Below are positions 14,101-26,605 of a stretch of DNA of 64,000 nt, in pieces. The stretch is from Chiloscyllium plagiosum. Lineage: Eukaryota. The position numbers and the translations under genes are program-made. The notes beneath the pieces were generated by a model that made no database searches, had not been told where the DNA came from, and saw only the letters and a program-made list of their open reading frames with translations. Within the stretch, counting starts at the first letter, position 1. Each line of letters starts with the position of its first letter. The DNA lies in assembly GCF_004010195.1 (NCBI RefSeq), contig NC_057751.1:19621994-19685993 (forward strand). The letters are read 5' to 3'.

Positions 14101-14372
14101 GGTACCAGGGAGGCAATGCACCATTTTGATTTTTCGCTGCTGACCACAGAAATGCCAGTCTGTGCATCGGACTAGAGAGTCCCCTAACACAATCTATTTC
14201 TTGGAACGCGACGTACCCCTCATTGCATTAGAGCCAGTCTCAATACCAGAAACTTGGCTGCTCATTCTACGTTCCCCTGAGAATCCATCACCCCATACAT
14301 TTTTGAAAACAGCATACTTGTTTGAAATGGGGATAGCCACAGAGAACTCCTGCACTACCTGCCTACCTCTTT
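11200..14372 (-). mobile_element. CR1 (HER1-like) LINE, long degraded copy with ORF1 esterase remnant, APE and RT
   Basis: ORF1 GDSLVR...LPGTRIKNISE (SGNH-like); APE YFNARGL..ITETWL and GNFNFP; RT SGVPQGLVLGP..FADDTK; CR1 3' tail (tctatgactct) at 11200. Confidence 0.9.
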
Positions 14373-14748
14373 AACGTTTTGACTTTGTTCTAGAACTTTG
14401 GAGAAAGAAAAATGCAACCGCATATAAAACAGTAATTGCTGCTCCTGGAGTTTGAGGAAATCCCTAAAATGCCTCAAAAGAAGGAGCAGCCTGTTCTAGC
14501 CAGAAATTTTACCCATCCTCCATCTTGGATTCTTGTATATTTGATGGGATAGCAATGTGGAATTGAATATCTAGATGGCATTCCTCCAGAAATGCTCTAA
14601 AGTTTGAACCATTATGTTGAATGTGTTAGCAGGTTAGCAATTGCAAATAACATTTATGTTTATTATACTTTTTAAAACCAAAGCCTGTTATGCAATCATT
14701 CTGGAATGTCATTAAGCTCTATAATTTCAATAAACTGTATACTCTTTT

Positions 14749-15077
14749 CATAGAATCCCTACAATGTTGGAACAGGCCCTTTGGCCCAAAAATTCCACAC
14801 TGACCCTCCAAAGAGTAACCCACCAGACCCATTCCCCTACCCTATTAATCTACTTTTACCCCGACTCGTGCACCTAACCTACACATCCTTGAACACTATG
14901 GGAAATTTAGCATGACCAATTCATCTAACTTGCACATCTTTGGATTGCGGGAGGAAACCAGAGCACCCAGAGGAAATCCACACAGACACTGGGAGAATGT
15001 GCAAACTCCACACACAGTGCCCAAGGCTGAAATTGAACCTGAGCAGCAGTGCTAACCACTGAGCCATTGTGCCGTCC
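14749..15077 (-). mobile_element. HE1-like V-SINE
   Basis: Same head, V-domain and tail as 39812. Confidence 0.85.
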
Positions 15078-15694
15078 AGTGCCACAACTAATGAAGACCA
15101 CAGCATACACCTGAGGGAAAAGCAGATGTAGCATGTAGTTATTCCAATAGCTGTAGTACATGGAGGAAGTAGTTGTCAGGAAAGCGATAAAATTCTTCTG
15201 TTGATAGTGCAGTCAAATTACATGTGTGTTCAACAAAGGTGCACAAAATTTGTGTAATGTGAGCAGTCAAAGACCACCATGTTATGAGGAGGCAATTGCC
15301 TTGTGATATTAATTTAGACTATTAATCTGAAGACACAGGTAATGGTCTGAGGACCCAGGTTTGAATCTGCTCTGCCAAGATGATAGAATTTAAATTCAAT
15401 TTTTAAAAGAAATCTTGAATTTAAAAATCTACTGATGACCGTGAAGCCATTGACAATTGTTGGAAAACCCAACTAGATTATTGATGCCTTTTCAGAGAAG
15501 GCAGTCTGCCATCCTCACCTGGTCTGGCCTATATATGGTTGACTTTCAATTGCTCTTTGAAATGGCCATTCAATTTTATCAGTTGCTACAAAATCTCAAA
15601 GAAATGAAACTGTGTGGACCGTCTGGAATCGAACTGGGCACCAGAAAAGCCAATGGCAGAAACAGCCCTGTTGATCCTGCAAAGTCCTCCTTTC

Positions 15695-16008
15695 TGTGGG
15701 CTTGGGGATTAGCATTGCTGCCTCACAGCGCTAGGAACCTGGATTCGATTCCAGTTTGCACATTCTCCCGTGTCTACGTGGGTTTCTCCGGATGCTCCAG
15801 TTTCCTCCCTCAGTCCAAAGATGTGCAGGTTAGGTGAATTGCCATGCTAAATTGCCCATAGTGTTCAGTAATGTGTAGGTTAGGTGCATTAGTCAGGGGA
15901 AAATGTAGAGTAATTGGGTCGGGGGTTAGGTCTGAGTGGGATACTCTTCAGAGGGTTGGTGTGGAGTTGGTCAGTCAATGGCCTGTTTCCACGCTGTAGG
16001 GATTCAAT
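15695..16008 (+). mobile_element. HE1-like V-SINE nested in the LINE 5' region
   Basis: gcctcacagcgctaggaacctggattcgattcc..gggtttctccggatgctccagtttcctccctcagtccaaagatgtgcaggttagg. Confidence 0.85.
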
Positions 16009-16156
16009 TAATTAATCTGGGTGCAATGCAGAAGTTTTGAGAGCTGTCTCGGACTAGTCAAACAACAGCCTGACATAGTAACACTATTGGAATCAGACCT
16101 TGCAGATAATGTCTTATACACCATCCTTTGATATGTCCTGTCCCATTGGCAGGTAA

Positions 16157-17792
16157 GATCATAAGATATAGGAGCAGAAATTAGGCCATTCAGCCCATCG
16201 AGTCTGCTCTACCATTCAATCATGGCTAATAAGTTTCTCAATCCTATTGTCCTGCTTTCTCCCTATAACCCTTGTTCCCCTTGATACTCAAGAACCTATC
16301 TATCTCCATCTTAAATATACTCAGTGACCTGGCCTCTGCAGCCTTCTGTGGCAATGAATTCCATCGACTCACAACTGTCTGGCTGAAGAAGTTTCTCCTT
16401 ATCTCTGTTCTAAAAGGTCTTCCCTTTACTCCAAATCTGTGCCTTCGGACCCTCGTCTCTCCTACCAATGGAAACCTCTTCCAACATGTCAAGGCCATTC
16501 AGTATTTTGTATGTTTCAATTAGATCCCCCCCTCATCCTTCTAAATTCCATTTAGTATAAACCTAGAGTCCTCAAATGTTCCTCATATGTTAAGCTTTTT
16601 CCATTCCTGGACCATTCTTGTGAACCTCCTCTGAACACACTCCATGGCCATGACATCCTTTGAGATATGGGGCCCAAAACTGCGCACAATACTCCAACTG
16701 CAGTCTTACCAGAGCTTTATAGAGCCTCAGAAGTACATCCCTGCTTTTATATTAAAGTCCTCTCAAAATAAATGCCATCATTGTATTTGCCTTCCTAACT
16801 ACTGACTCAACCTGCAAGCTTACCTTGCGAGAATCCTGGACTAGAACTCCCAAGTCTCTTTGCACTTCAGATTTCTGAATTTTCTCTCCATTTAGAAAGT
16901 AGTCCATGCCTCTCTTCTTCCTACCAAAGTGCATGACCTCACTTTCCCATGTTGTACTCCATCTGCCACTACTTTGCCCACTCTCCTCTCCTAACCTGTA
17001 CAAATCCTTCTTCAACCTCCCCGCCACCTCAATGCTACCTGTCCCTCTACCTGTCTTTGTATCATCTGCAAACTTAGCCAGAATGCTCTCAGTTCCTTCA
17101 TCTAGATTGTTAATGTATAAAGTAAAGTGAAAAGTTGTGGTCCCAGCACTCAGCCTTGTGAAACACCATTTGTCACCAGCTGCCATCCTGAGAAGGACCC
17201 TTTTATCTCCACTCTCTGCTTTCTGCCAAACAGCCAAGCTTCTATCCATGCGAGCACCTTGCCTATGACACCAAGGGCCCTTATCTTACTCAGTAGCCTC
17301 CTGTGCGGCACGTGGTCAAAGGTCTTCTTAAAGTCCAAGTAGACAACATCCATTGGCTCTCCTTGGTCTAACCTGTTTGTACTTTCTCAAAGAATTCTAG
17401 CAGGTTTGTCAGGTATGATCTCTCCTTGATGAAACCATGCTGACTTTGCCCTATTTTTCCATACACTTCTAAAGCATTCAGAAATCTCATCCTTCACAAT
17501 GGATGCCAGGATCTTACCTGTGACTGAGGTTAGGCTAATCTGTCTGTTATTTTCTGTCTTTTACCTTACTCCATTTTTAAGCATGGGTATCACTTTAGCG
17601 ATTTTTCCAGTCCTCTGGGACCCTCCCTGATTCTAGCAATTCCTGAAAGATCACCACTAACCTCTCTGCTATGTCCCTTGGAACTCTGGGGTGTAGTTCG
17701 TCTGGTCTAGGTGATTTATCCACCTTCAAGCCATCCAGTCTTTCTAACACCTTCTTGGTGATGGCCACCATACTCATCTCAGCCCCCTCACT
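16157..17792 (-). mobile_element. CR1 LINE RT/3' fragment (second subfamily) nested in the tRNA-headed LINE
   Basis: DVVYLDFKKTFDHVPHRRLL, KFADDTK and RRNFFSQTVVSRWNSLP ORFs. Confidence 0.88.
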
Positions 17793-19484
17793 TTGTGCAG
17801 GACAGTGGTATACAATCGGGCGGGAGTTGCCCTGGAAGTCCTCAACATTGACTCCAGACCCCATGAGGTCTTATGGCTTAAGATTACACATGGGCAAGGA
17901 AACCTCCTGCTGGTTACCATGTACTGTCCTCCCTCTGCTGATGCATCAGTACTCCACCATGTTAAACAACTCTTGGAGGAAGCACAGAGGGTGGCAAGGG
18001 TGCAAGATGTACTCTGGGTGGGGGATTTCAATGTCCACCACCAAAAGTAGCTCAGCAGCAGCACTACCAATCAAGGTCCTAAAGGACAAAGCTGCTTGAC
18101 TGGGGTGGCAGCAGGTGGTGAGGGAACCAATGGGTGAAAAACATAACTTCACTCTACCTTGCTGATTTGCGAGCTGCAGATTCATCTGTCCATTACGGTA
18201 TCGGTAAGAGTGACCACTGCACAGTCCTTGTGAAGACCCGCCTACACATTGAGAATACCCTCCATTGTGTTTTGTGGCAGTATTACTGTGCTAAATGGGA
18301 CAGACTTTGAACAGATATAGCAACTCCAGACTAGGCATCAGCAGCAAAATTGTACTCCAGCACAATCTGCAAATCTTATGGTGTGACATGCCCCTCACTC
18401 AACCCTGGTCCAGTGGAGAGTGCAGGAGAGCATGTCTGAAGCCACACCTAAAAAATGAGGTGTAAACCTGTTGAAAATACTAAATAAGATGACTGCCATG
18501 CCAAACAGCCTAAGCAGCAAGTGATAAACAGAGCTAAGCGATCCCACAGCTAACGGATCAGAGCTAAGTTCTGCAGTCCTGCCATATCCAGCCATGGATT
18601 AATCAACTCACTGGAGAAGGCAGCTTCACAAATATCCCCATCCTCAATGATGGAAGGGCCCAAAACAACAGTGTAAAGATAAGGCTGAAGCATTCACATG
18701 GATGATCTATCGCTGCCTTGTTCAGTTGTCCCCAGTGATGGTAATACCATCAATGAATCCTCCACTATCAAGTCCTTGGGGTTACCATTGACCAGAATCT
18801 CATCCTGGACTTGCTACATCAGCAGTGTGGCTACAAGAGTAGGTCAAACACTTGGAATCCCTCAGCAAGTAACTTCCCTCCTGACTCCCCAAAGCCTGTC
18901 CATCATATACAAAGCGCAAGTTAGGAGTGTGATGGAATATTCCCTCCTTGTCTGGATGCTTGCATCTACAATGCTCAAGAAGTTTGACAGCATCCAGGAC
19001 AAAGCAGCCCGCTTGATTGGCACCTCATCCACAAACATCCACTCCCTCCACCACCGATATTCTGTACACCCTGCTGCTGCTACCTCCAAGATGCACTGCA
19101 GAGGTCAGCAAAGTCATCAAACAGAACCTTCCAAACCCAGGGCCACTTCCATCTGGAAGGACAAGGGCAGCCGATACATAGGAACGTCACCATCTGCGAG
19201 TTCCCCTACAAGCCACTCATCATCCTTGGAAATATATCATCATTCCTTCAGCGTAATATTTGGGGGGGGGTTGTGTGTTTCTTCAATTAGTTGCATAACT
19301 GTCCACCATCATTCATGATTGGATGTGGTAGGATCTGATCCTTCAATAAGCTAAAAAGAAACAAGGTTGTGTGTGAATCAACCAATACCATCTTTGTTCC
19401 ACTTCTCTCTAACCTGCCTTGTGGTGCTTTTATCTATTAAGCCATTGGGAAGGATTTAATGGTATAACATCTGGATTTTTAAAA

Positions 19485-19735
19485 ATAAATTTATTCATGG
19501 GATGTGAGCATTGCCTGGCCAGCATTTATTGCCTATCCCTAGTTGCCCTTGAGCAGAAGGTCAGCTGAGTCCTTGAACCACTGGAGTCCACCTGTGGGAT
19601 GACTCTCAATACCATTAGGGAGGGAATTCCAGGGTTTTGACCTGACGACACTGAAGGAATGGTGATATATTTCCAAGTCAGCATGGTGAGTGGCTTGGAG
19701 GGGAACTTGCAGATGGTGATGTTCCCATGTATTGG
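19485..19735 (-). mobile_element. 3' end of the tRNA-headed LINE family
   Basis: Reverse complement ends caagggcaactagggataggcaataaatgctggcc...catcccatgaataaa. Confidence 0.75.
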
Positions 19736-20102
19736 GCTCACTCTTGATTCACTGTATGTTATAGCAAGAAATGGTTGAAGATACTGGAAAAGCTGTTCTA
19801 ATACAACTGCAATACTGAACTCTGCATTTCCAGGTATGTCCTTTTCCATTTAAAACAAAAACAGGAAAACTCCTATCTGACCAATCACCATCCATGAATT
19901 ATCAGCAAAGTGATGGTAGATGGTAGCAAAGTGTTGACTGTGCTATTGATTGGCATTTACTCAGCAGTGACCTACTGAAAGAAGTTCTGTTTGGGATTTG
20001 GTGTCACCTGATTACTGATCCCATTTGCAGTCTTGATCCAAACATGGACACAAGCTGAACTAAGAGTGACTGGCCTAGAGATCAAGGTGACATTTGATAG
20101 TG

Positions 20103-20256
20103 TCAAAGAGTGTGGCACTGGAAAAGCACAGCCAGTCAGGCAGGTTTCATCAGCCATTCCTGATGAAGAGCTTATTCTTGAAACATCAACTCTCCTGCTC
20201 CTTGGATGCTGCCTGACCCTGATCTCCAGCATCTGCAGTCCTCACCTTTTTCCTAG
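20103..20256 (+). mobile_element. Penelope-like mini-element, partial fold-back, degenerate hammerhead
   Basis: ctgatgaagagcttattcttgaaacatc at 20160-20187. TSD catttgata at 20091 and 20257. Confidence 0.65.
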
Positions 20257-20884
20257 CATTTGATAATGTGGCATCCAGGAATATTAGCAAAATTGAAGTC
20301 AATGGGAATCTGAGTGGGGTAAAAGAAACTTTTTAACACGAAGGATTGTGATTGTTGGAGGCTCATCGTCTTGGCCCTAAAACAAGAGTTCCCCAAGATA
20401 GTGTCTGAGGTCCAATCATCTTCATCTGCTTCATCAATTACCTTCCCTCTATCATATGATCAAGTGGGGATATTCGACACTGCGCAAAGTTTAATCCCAT
20501 TTGTGACCCCTCTGATATGATGCACTCCATTCCAGCATGCAGCAAGGGCTGGTAAATGGCAGGTTACTTTTGTGCCATACATGCCTGCCCATGACCGTCT
20601 CCAACAGAATCTAGCCATCTCCCCATGATATTCAGTTGATCATTGAATTCCCTCCCCATCAGTATCCTGTGAGTTATGATTAATCAGAAACTGAAATGGA
20701 CAGGTCATATAAATGCTGTAGCTTGTTGCAACAGATCAGAGACTAGATAGTCTAGGATGACTAACACTCACCACCTGATTTTTCCAAAACCTGTCCACCA
20801 TGTATATGGCATAATTTAGGAGTGCAACAGAATTCTGTCCCCTTGTATAGATAATTGCATCTTCAACAGCACTCCATTTGATCG

Positions 20885-21070
20885 ACCCTTCCAACTATCA
20901 ACCGGATTCATTCCTCCCATCGACCAACCAGGTTGTACCCTCTACCTATTTTTACCTATCCCTAGCTCACCACCACCACCCCAGCCCTGAAGAAGGGTTA
21001 CACCCAAAACGGTGATGTCTCCACCTCTTGATGCTGCCTGACTTGCTGTGTTCTTCCAGCCTCCTGTTTG
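20885..21070 (+). mobile_element. Penelope-like 3' fragment with degenerate hammerhead
   Basis: ctgaagaagggttacacccaaaac (GAAA mutated to AAAA), followed by the gatgctgcctgacttgctgtgttcttccagc body. Confidence 0.55.
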
Positions 21071-22367
21071 ACACTGTCCAGCCAAGCAAATCTGTTTGAC
21101 ACCCTGTCCACCATCTTAAGTATTCACTTGATCCACGATGGACACAGTAACAGTGGTTTATACTATCTAGAAGTACTTTGATAACACTTTCCAAACCATG
21201 ACTGCAACCTAGAAAGACAAGGGCAACAGATGTATGAGAACACCACTGCTTGCAAATTCACCTCTGAGGCATATACCAGCTTGACTTTGCACTGTATCAC
21301 CTCGCTGTTCCTTCGTTGTTGCTTGGTCAAAACGCTGGAATTCCCTTCCTTATAATGCTCTGGGCGTAAGTTAACCACATGGAATGTAGTGGTTCAATAA
21401 TACGTCTCATCATCCCTCTCCATGATAAATAATTGAATCATCCTTGTCGGAACACACGACAGAAAATATTTTTTTAAAAATCTCAGCTGGAGTGACAGCA
21501 TGGTCTACAGCTTGTCTATTTTTCAACCAGGTGGTGTGCATGTGAGATATATCACTTATCCCAAATTTGTGAGAGAACAGCTCACCTTCACCTAATTTCC
21601 TATATTCAGATTCCAACCGCTGGAAAAGTATTAAGATAGTTCTGCTACAAGTGCCAGCTCCACCCATGATGTGCACAGATGAACATTGTTACTGTCTGTG
21701 CAGGAGAAAATAAAACTAAAGAAACAAGTTGATTTCAAATTTTGAATGTGAACCTGAAGTTTGTTTCACCTGCAAAAACTGTCTTTAGAGCTAGATTTTA
21801 GAGGATATAAGCTGCATTTGACTTGTTATACAGTCTCTACTGGACACATTAGATTAGTGAACACATTTGTCCTGATTCCTTCCTACCAGTTTGAGAGATT
21901 ACAGGAACAGCACTGGAATGTTGAGGTACACACTCAACATTGTAAAGAGAACAAGAGTACAGTCCCAATCACTTCCCTTCACTCTTTTATCAAATCAACA
22001 TGTTAACTTGGGTTTGCATTTTTTTTTAAAGCTGATTCTAAAGATTACTTGGTTAATATCAAAAGTAGCATTATACTTGAGATAGGAAAGTTTTATATAT
22101 CTGATCTCTAGATGGTGTGGAAGAGTTAATTGTCCATCACATATACTCGTTCATCCTTTTTCTTCATTTGTGAAAAATTGGTGGCAACAGATTAACTTAA
22201 GGCTGTATTCTAACCTTGTTCTGCTGGCAGTTATATTTTGAGCAGTCGCCATTTTCTGCAGTCCACATCTTTTCTGTAATGGGCCTTCAGCTCCCGATCC
22301 CAGTTTGCTTCTTGACCAGATATCTCTTAAAAAGAGGACTGAAAGGCAGTGTGCAGGTTAACCTCCT

Positions 22368-22558
22368 GTGGTAAGGGCATGGAATGCCCTACCTGCTAGT
22401 GTCGTCAACTCAGCCACATTAGGGAGATTTAAACGATCCATAGATAGGCACATGGATGATTTTGGGATAGTGTAGGGGGACGAGCTGAGAATAGTTCACA
22501 GGTCGGCGCAACATCAAGGGCCCAAGGGCCTGTTCTGCGCTGTATTGTTCTATGTACT
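22368..22558 (+). mobile_element. Short CR1 3' end (CpG-retaining, relatively young)
   Basis: gtaagggcatggaatgccctacct (VRAWNALP) and the tail gggcctgttctgcgctgtattgttctatgt. Confidence 0.75.
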
Positions 22559-23209
22559 TTGATTAGTGTGCCTCTCATCCTATCTGAATCAGCTGATGGC
22601 CATAGAATGACATAGAGGACTGTTTTTAGCAGGGGAGGGATGTAGAAATGCAAAAAGTTGAATTGCAAATTTATTTTCTTTTAGCTTTCAGACCTTTTGT
22701 ATACTATATGTTAATAAACAACTGCATTCCAGTATAGCTGTATCGACAAGGAAGTCCTGGTTGTGTCTCTTTCCCACCCCCCCACCCCACAAAAGAAAGC
22801 ATAACTCTGCAGTTCCAGGGGACAGGAAGAAAATCAAGGTGAAACTGTAATGGGGTAGGTAAGAAAGCATCTGCTCACGTGCTTTTTGTTTTCATTGAGA
22901 ATAAATGGTGTGGATCTGAGGAGTGATTGTGGACCACCAATCTGAACAAGGGGCTTCATGTAATAAAATGATGTAAGCAGACTTGTGATCTTATAATGTT
23001 TGCAAAGTTCTGGAAATAATGCAGATAGATGCTCTGTTTTGAATCGTGAGCTTTCACACAACAGCATTACTTCTGAACCATGTTATTTAATTACAAGTCT
23101 CTAATGTTTACAATTATCTTTCTTACAGTTATAGCACTTGTACCTTGTGTATTGATTCTAGGTGAAGATGGATAAAACATGATTGCCAGCGACTTAAGTT
23201 TCTGCTGCA

Positions 23210-25021
23210 ATGGAGAGGAAAGATCCCCATGCTAGATGCAAAGATCTGCAGTGGTCAGAAAGAAACACAAACCATGGATATATGAAGGAAGAGCAACGGT
23301 TGTCTCATCACAGCCATTCCCAGTTTGATGAGATACGACAGCCAGGTGTCAGTCTCCTTTGTGATGATAAAACAACTGATTTTCCAAACTACTCTTGTGG
23401 TGCCCGGTGCGATGGTGCTGACTCAAGTCAATATATTTCGGAACATGTCTGTACCTCTCGTGGTAATATGAGCTGGCAAAGGACAAGTCATCAAGCTTCG
23501 AGAAATAATGATAGTGGGATCTGTACGCCAGTTACCTTGACAGATTGGACATTTGGTGATGTAAACTGCTTTGATCACAAAGGACCGTGTTCGGATCAAC
23601 TTTTAGATGAAGAGTTGAAGACACTGGAGATGGAAGGGTTGAACTTCCCATGTGGGCATCTGGATTTTACAGGGCAGATGCCATCCCTTTATTGTTCAGA
23701 CATGTCAGGTGATGAGTGCAACCTTCAAAACACAAAGATGGAGTTGGCCGGCATTGAGAAGCCATACTCTCTCACTGGTGTAACTGATTGTGAAAATGTG
23801 TCTGAGAAGGATTCACGTGAAAACGGATGTGTCTCCTCCATTCATCGAAGGGAGATTTCTACCTGTACTCACATGTTTTTAGAAGGCTGCCTTCAACCAG
23901 GCAGCTATGGAGACCACAACTTCCCTTTCAAGACAGATGACAATCTATCTTTCCTCGACAACTTAGATTGTATTCGTTCTACCAATACTTCTCAAGAAGA
24001 TGGGATAGATGAATGTAATGAATTCAATGAAGGTGAAGGCATGGATGAAAACCCAGTAAAAACTGTGGAAGATATCAGCCAACCTGTGAGGTTTAGCAGC
24101 AGGAAAAGCAATAAACGCCAGAGAAACAAATCGGCAACAAAAGATAACTCTTCAAACATCTATGATAAGGATGATGCAAGGGAGCATGTGAAGAAGAATG
24201 GCAAGTCTTCAACTGCTAATAAACAGAGGCACACAAAGGCTGAGAGGAAACGACAGCATGCTGACAACCGGGACAGATTAAAGAGTGGAGTGCAAAAACA
24301 AACTCAGGAGCTGCTTTGGAAATGTGTAACCTATATAAAAATTCTAATGGATGTTATTCTTTTTGTGACTCTCAAGTGTGGAGAGTGTGTGGAGTTAGGA
24401 GGCAAACTTGTGTATTCGTGTTGCCAGATACAAAAAGAAGACTTTATTTACTTAAAGGGCAATGCAAGGACCTCATGTCTGTGGCTTCTTAAGCATGCAA
24501 AATCGGTGTCAGGGAAGCTTAAATGGTTTTGCTTTTCCTCAACAAAGATGACTATAAAGATTTTAAAAATGCTGCTTGCTCTGCTTTTTCTCGTACTAAT
24601 GTTATTTATAGGATGTTTACGACTCTGCTACAAATATGGAAAATCTGGGATTTCCAGGATATTTCAGAGGTTGCCCATATGGGGCAAAGAAAACTTTCCC
24701 CATTTCCCAGTTGTTCGCTTTCTGCACAGCTTGTGCTCATCTATAGCAGAATCTAGGGCTTGGAATTATTTGAAAAGACTATGGGAAAAATTGAAAATGC
24801 GATCCTGGCTAACTGGTAAATGGCGGACTGCAGGCCAGTCTCCAGTTCTATCCCCCCACTCACCTAGTGGTAGTAGATACCAGCCAGATCACGAGGTGGA
24901 CAGGCTACTAGCAATGGCCGATATGCCAGAAGAGGATCTGGATCCTTTTAAAGTTCTGGGCGTGGAGGTAATGGCCACTGATGCCGAGCTAAAAAAGGCT
25001 TATCGGCAGTTGGCCGTACTG
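23210..25021 (+). CDS. DNAJC14: DNAJC14 first coding exon (604 codons: long N-terminus, hydrophobic segments, start of J domain)
   Basis: 608-aa ORF ending EVDRLLAMADMPEEDLDPFKVLGVEVMATDAELKKAYRQLAVL, then donor CTG|GTGAGT at 25022. Acceptor ttctttcttacag| at 23128. Confidence 0.95.
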
Positions 25022-26182
25022 GTGAGTGCTACGTGAAAGCATTTTAGTTAAAAACAAAATTAATCTGTCTATCTGATTTGCTTATTTCTGTTTGACTACC
25101 ACAACCAAAGTTTTAAATATTGAATGTCTAAAATTTGCTTTCATTTTCCACCTCTTTGGTATAACCTGTACAAATATTGCTCATACTTCTCTGGTTAGCC
25201 TTTTTTTTAAACACGATGCTGTTACCTGAGAGAGTAATGAATATTTACAGCAATTTAAAATTTTCCTCAATTCCAAAGACTTCTCATGTCTAGTTTACTG
25301 TTTCCTGTGTGTCAGTGGCTTTTAGGTATTGAACCTAAGGTCAGCCATTTTGTCAGTGGTCACTTGGATGCGTTTCTGGAAGGGGAGAGTTGGATAATGA
25401 CTAGGAGCTGGAACCCAGTAGATTTTTTTTTTCCTTCTTTGCTCACCTCTGTTGTACCAAATTAATTTGTAGTAATTGGTTGTGATACCCAAAATCAAGA
25501 CTCTGCAGACTGAGCCAGGTCTGTATGGTCCATTGTCAAGGTTTTATTGTATATTTACCTCCTTAACCATTGGAAAGGAGGTGGGTAGTGCTTTATTAAA
25601 ATAATTTTTCTGTTCAGTCAGATAATTTAATATCATTTGATCCAGCTGTATTCGTCTGATATTTTGAAATCTTGATTTCCTAATGTTACATGAGCTTACC
25701 TGGTAATATTTTTCATTTGCAGCACTATCTGGGAGATTGTTCAACATTTGGTTATGAGAATGCTGGTGCCCTGTTTATTTAAAAAAAATTCATTTATGTA
25801 GTGCCTTTAGCACAGCAAATTCACCCAAGGCATTTAGCAAAATGGGCACTAAACCAGAATGTTTGCTGTTGCACTCTGCCCGCACAGTGGTGTAATGTCA
25901 GTGTTGGATTTGTCTTTCCTGTGTCACATTGAGTTCTCTGTCTTGGTTCTGTTACTGAGCAAAAAAGCAGTGGTGCTCAAGACTGCATTCTGAACGCCAG
26001 TGGCTGAATCTCTGACTTCCAGACCTCAGTCACTGGTACCATGTAGAACGTAATTGACAGTGATCAGACATCTCCTCTAAAACAAAAAATTTAACCAGCA
26101 GCCACTTCCTCTGGCATTGTAGAGGAGTAAATGTGAAATCAGGCAATTTAGACTAACATTCTGTAAGTATAGAAAAAGAGAA

Positions 26183-26605
26183 TTACATTTCTGTAGTGCC
26201 TTTCACAACTTTGGGGCATCCAAAACGCTTTGCAGCCAATGAAGTACTTTTTGAAGTGTAGTCACTGTTGTACGAAACGCAGCAGCCAATTTGTGCATAG
26301 CATGCTCCCGCAAACTGATGTGTTATAATGGCCAGATCATCATTTTTTTCAAGATGTTGATCAATATTCTGCAGGATGCCAAAAGTAGCTCCTCTGAAAA
26401 TTAGTGGCTGAGGAATCTTTTCTGTCCACCTGAGAAGATACACAGACTCTCTCTCCTGTTAAACGTCTCATCCAAAAGAGAACACCTCTGTCAGTGCCAC
26501 ACTAGTGTCAGCATGGATATTGTGTTCCAGTCACCAGTGGAGCTTGAACCCACATCCTTCTAACTCCGCGGTGATAGCTATACCAACTGAACCATGGCTG
26601 ACAGC
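26183..26605 (-). mobile_element. Deu-domain SINE (SacSINE1/AmnSINE1-like), near full length
   Basis: Head gtcagccatggttcagttgg..gggttcaagctcc and Deu domain (gcagccaatttgtgcatagc, cagccaatgaagtacttt). Confidence 0.75.

Larger units (their letters stand above)
15288..19255 (+). mobile_element. CR1-clade LINE with tRNA-like 5' head, APE and C-terminal remnants; interrupted by HE1 SINE and CR1
   Basis: A/B-box-like head 15288-15370; APE motifs QQPDIV..ES (16063) and VGDFNVHH (ORF 17793); C-terminal YKAQVRSVMEYS (ORF 18698). Confidence 0.75.
19870..21400 (+). mobile_element. RT/3' part of the same LINE family, degraded
   Basis: gagttccccaagatagtgtctgaggtccaatcatcttcatctgcttcatcaat (GVPQGSVLGPTIFSCFIN-like); homologous to 42310-43555. 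Confidence 0.65.
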
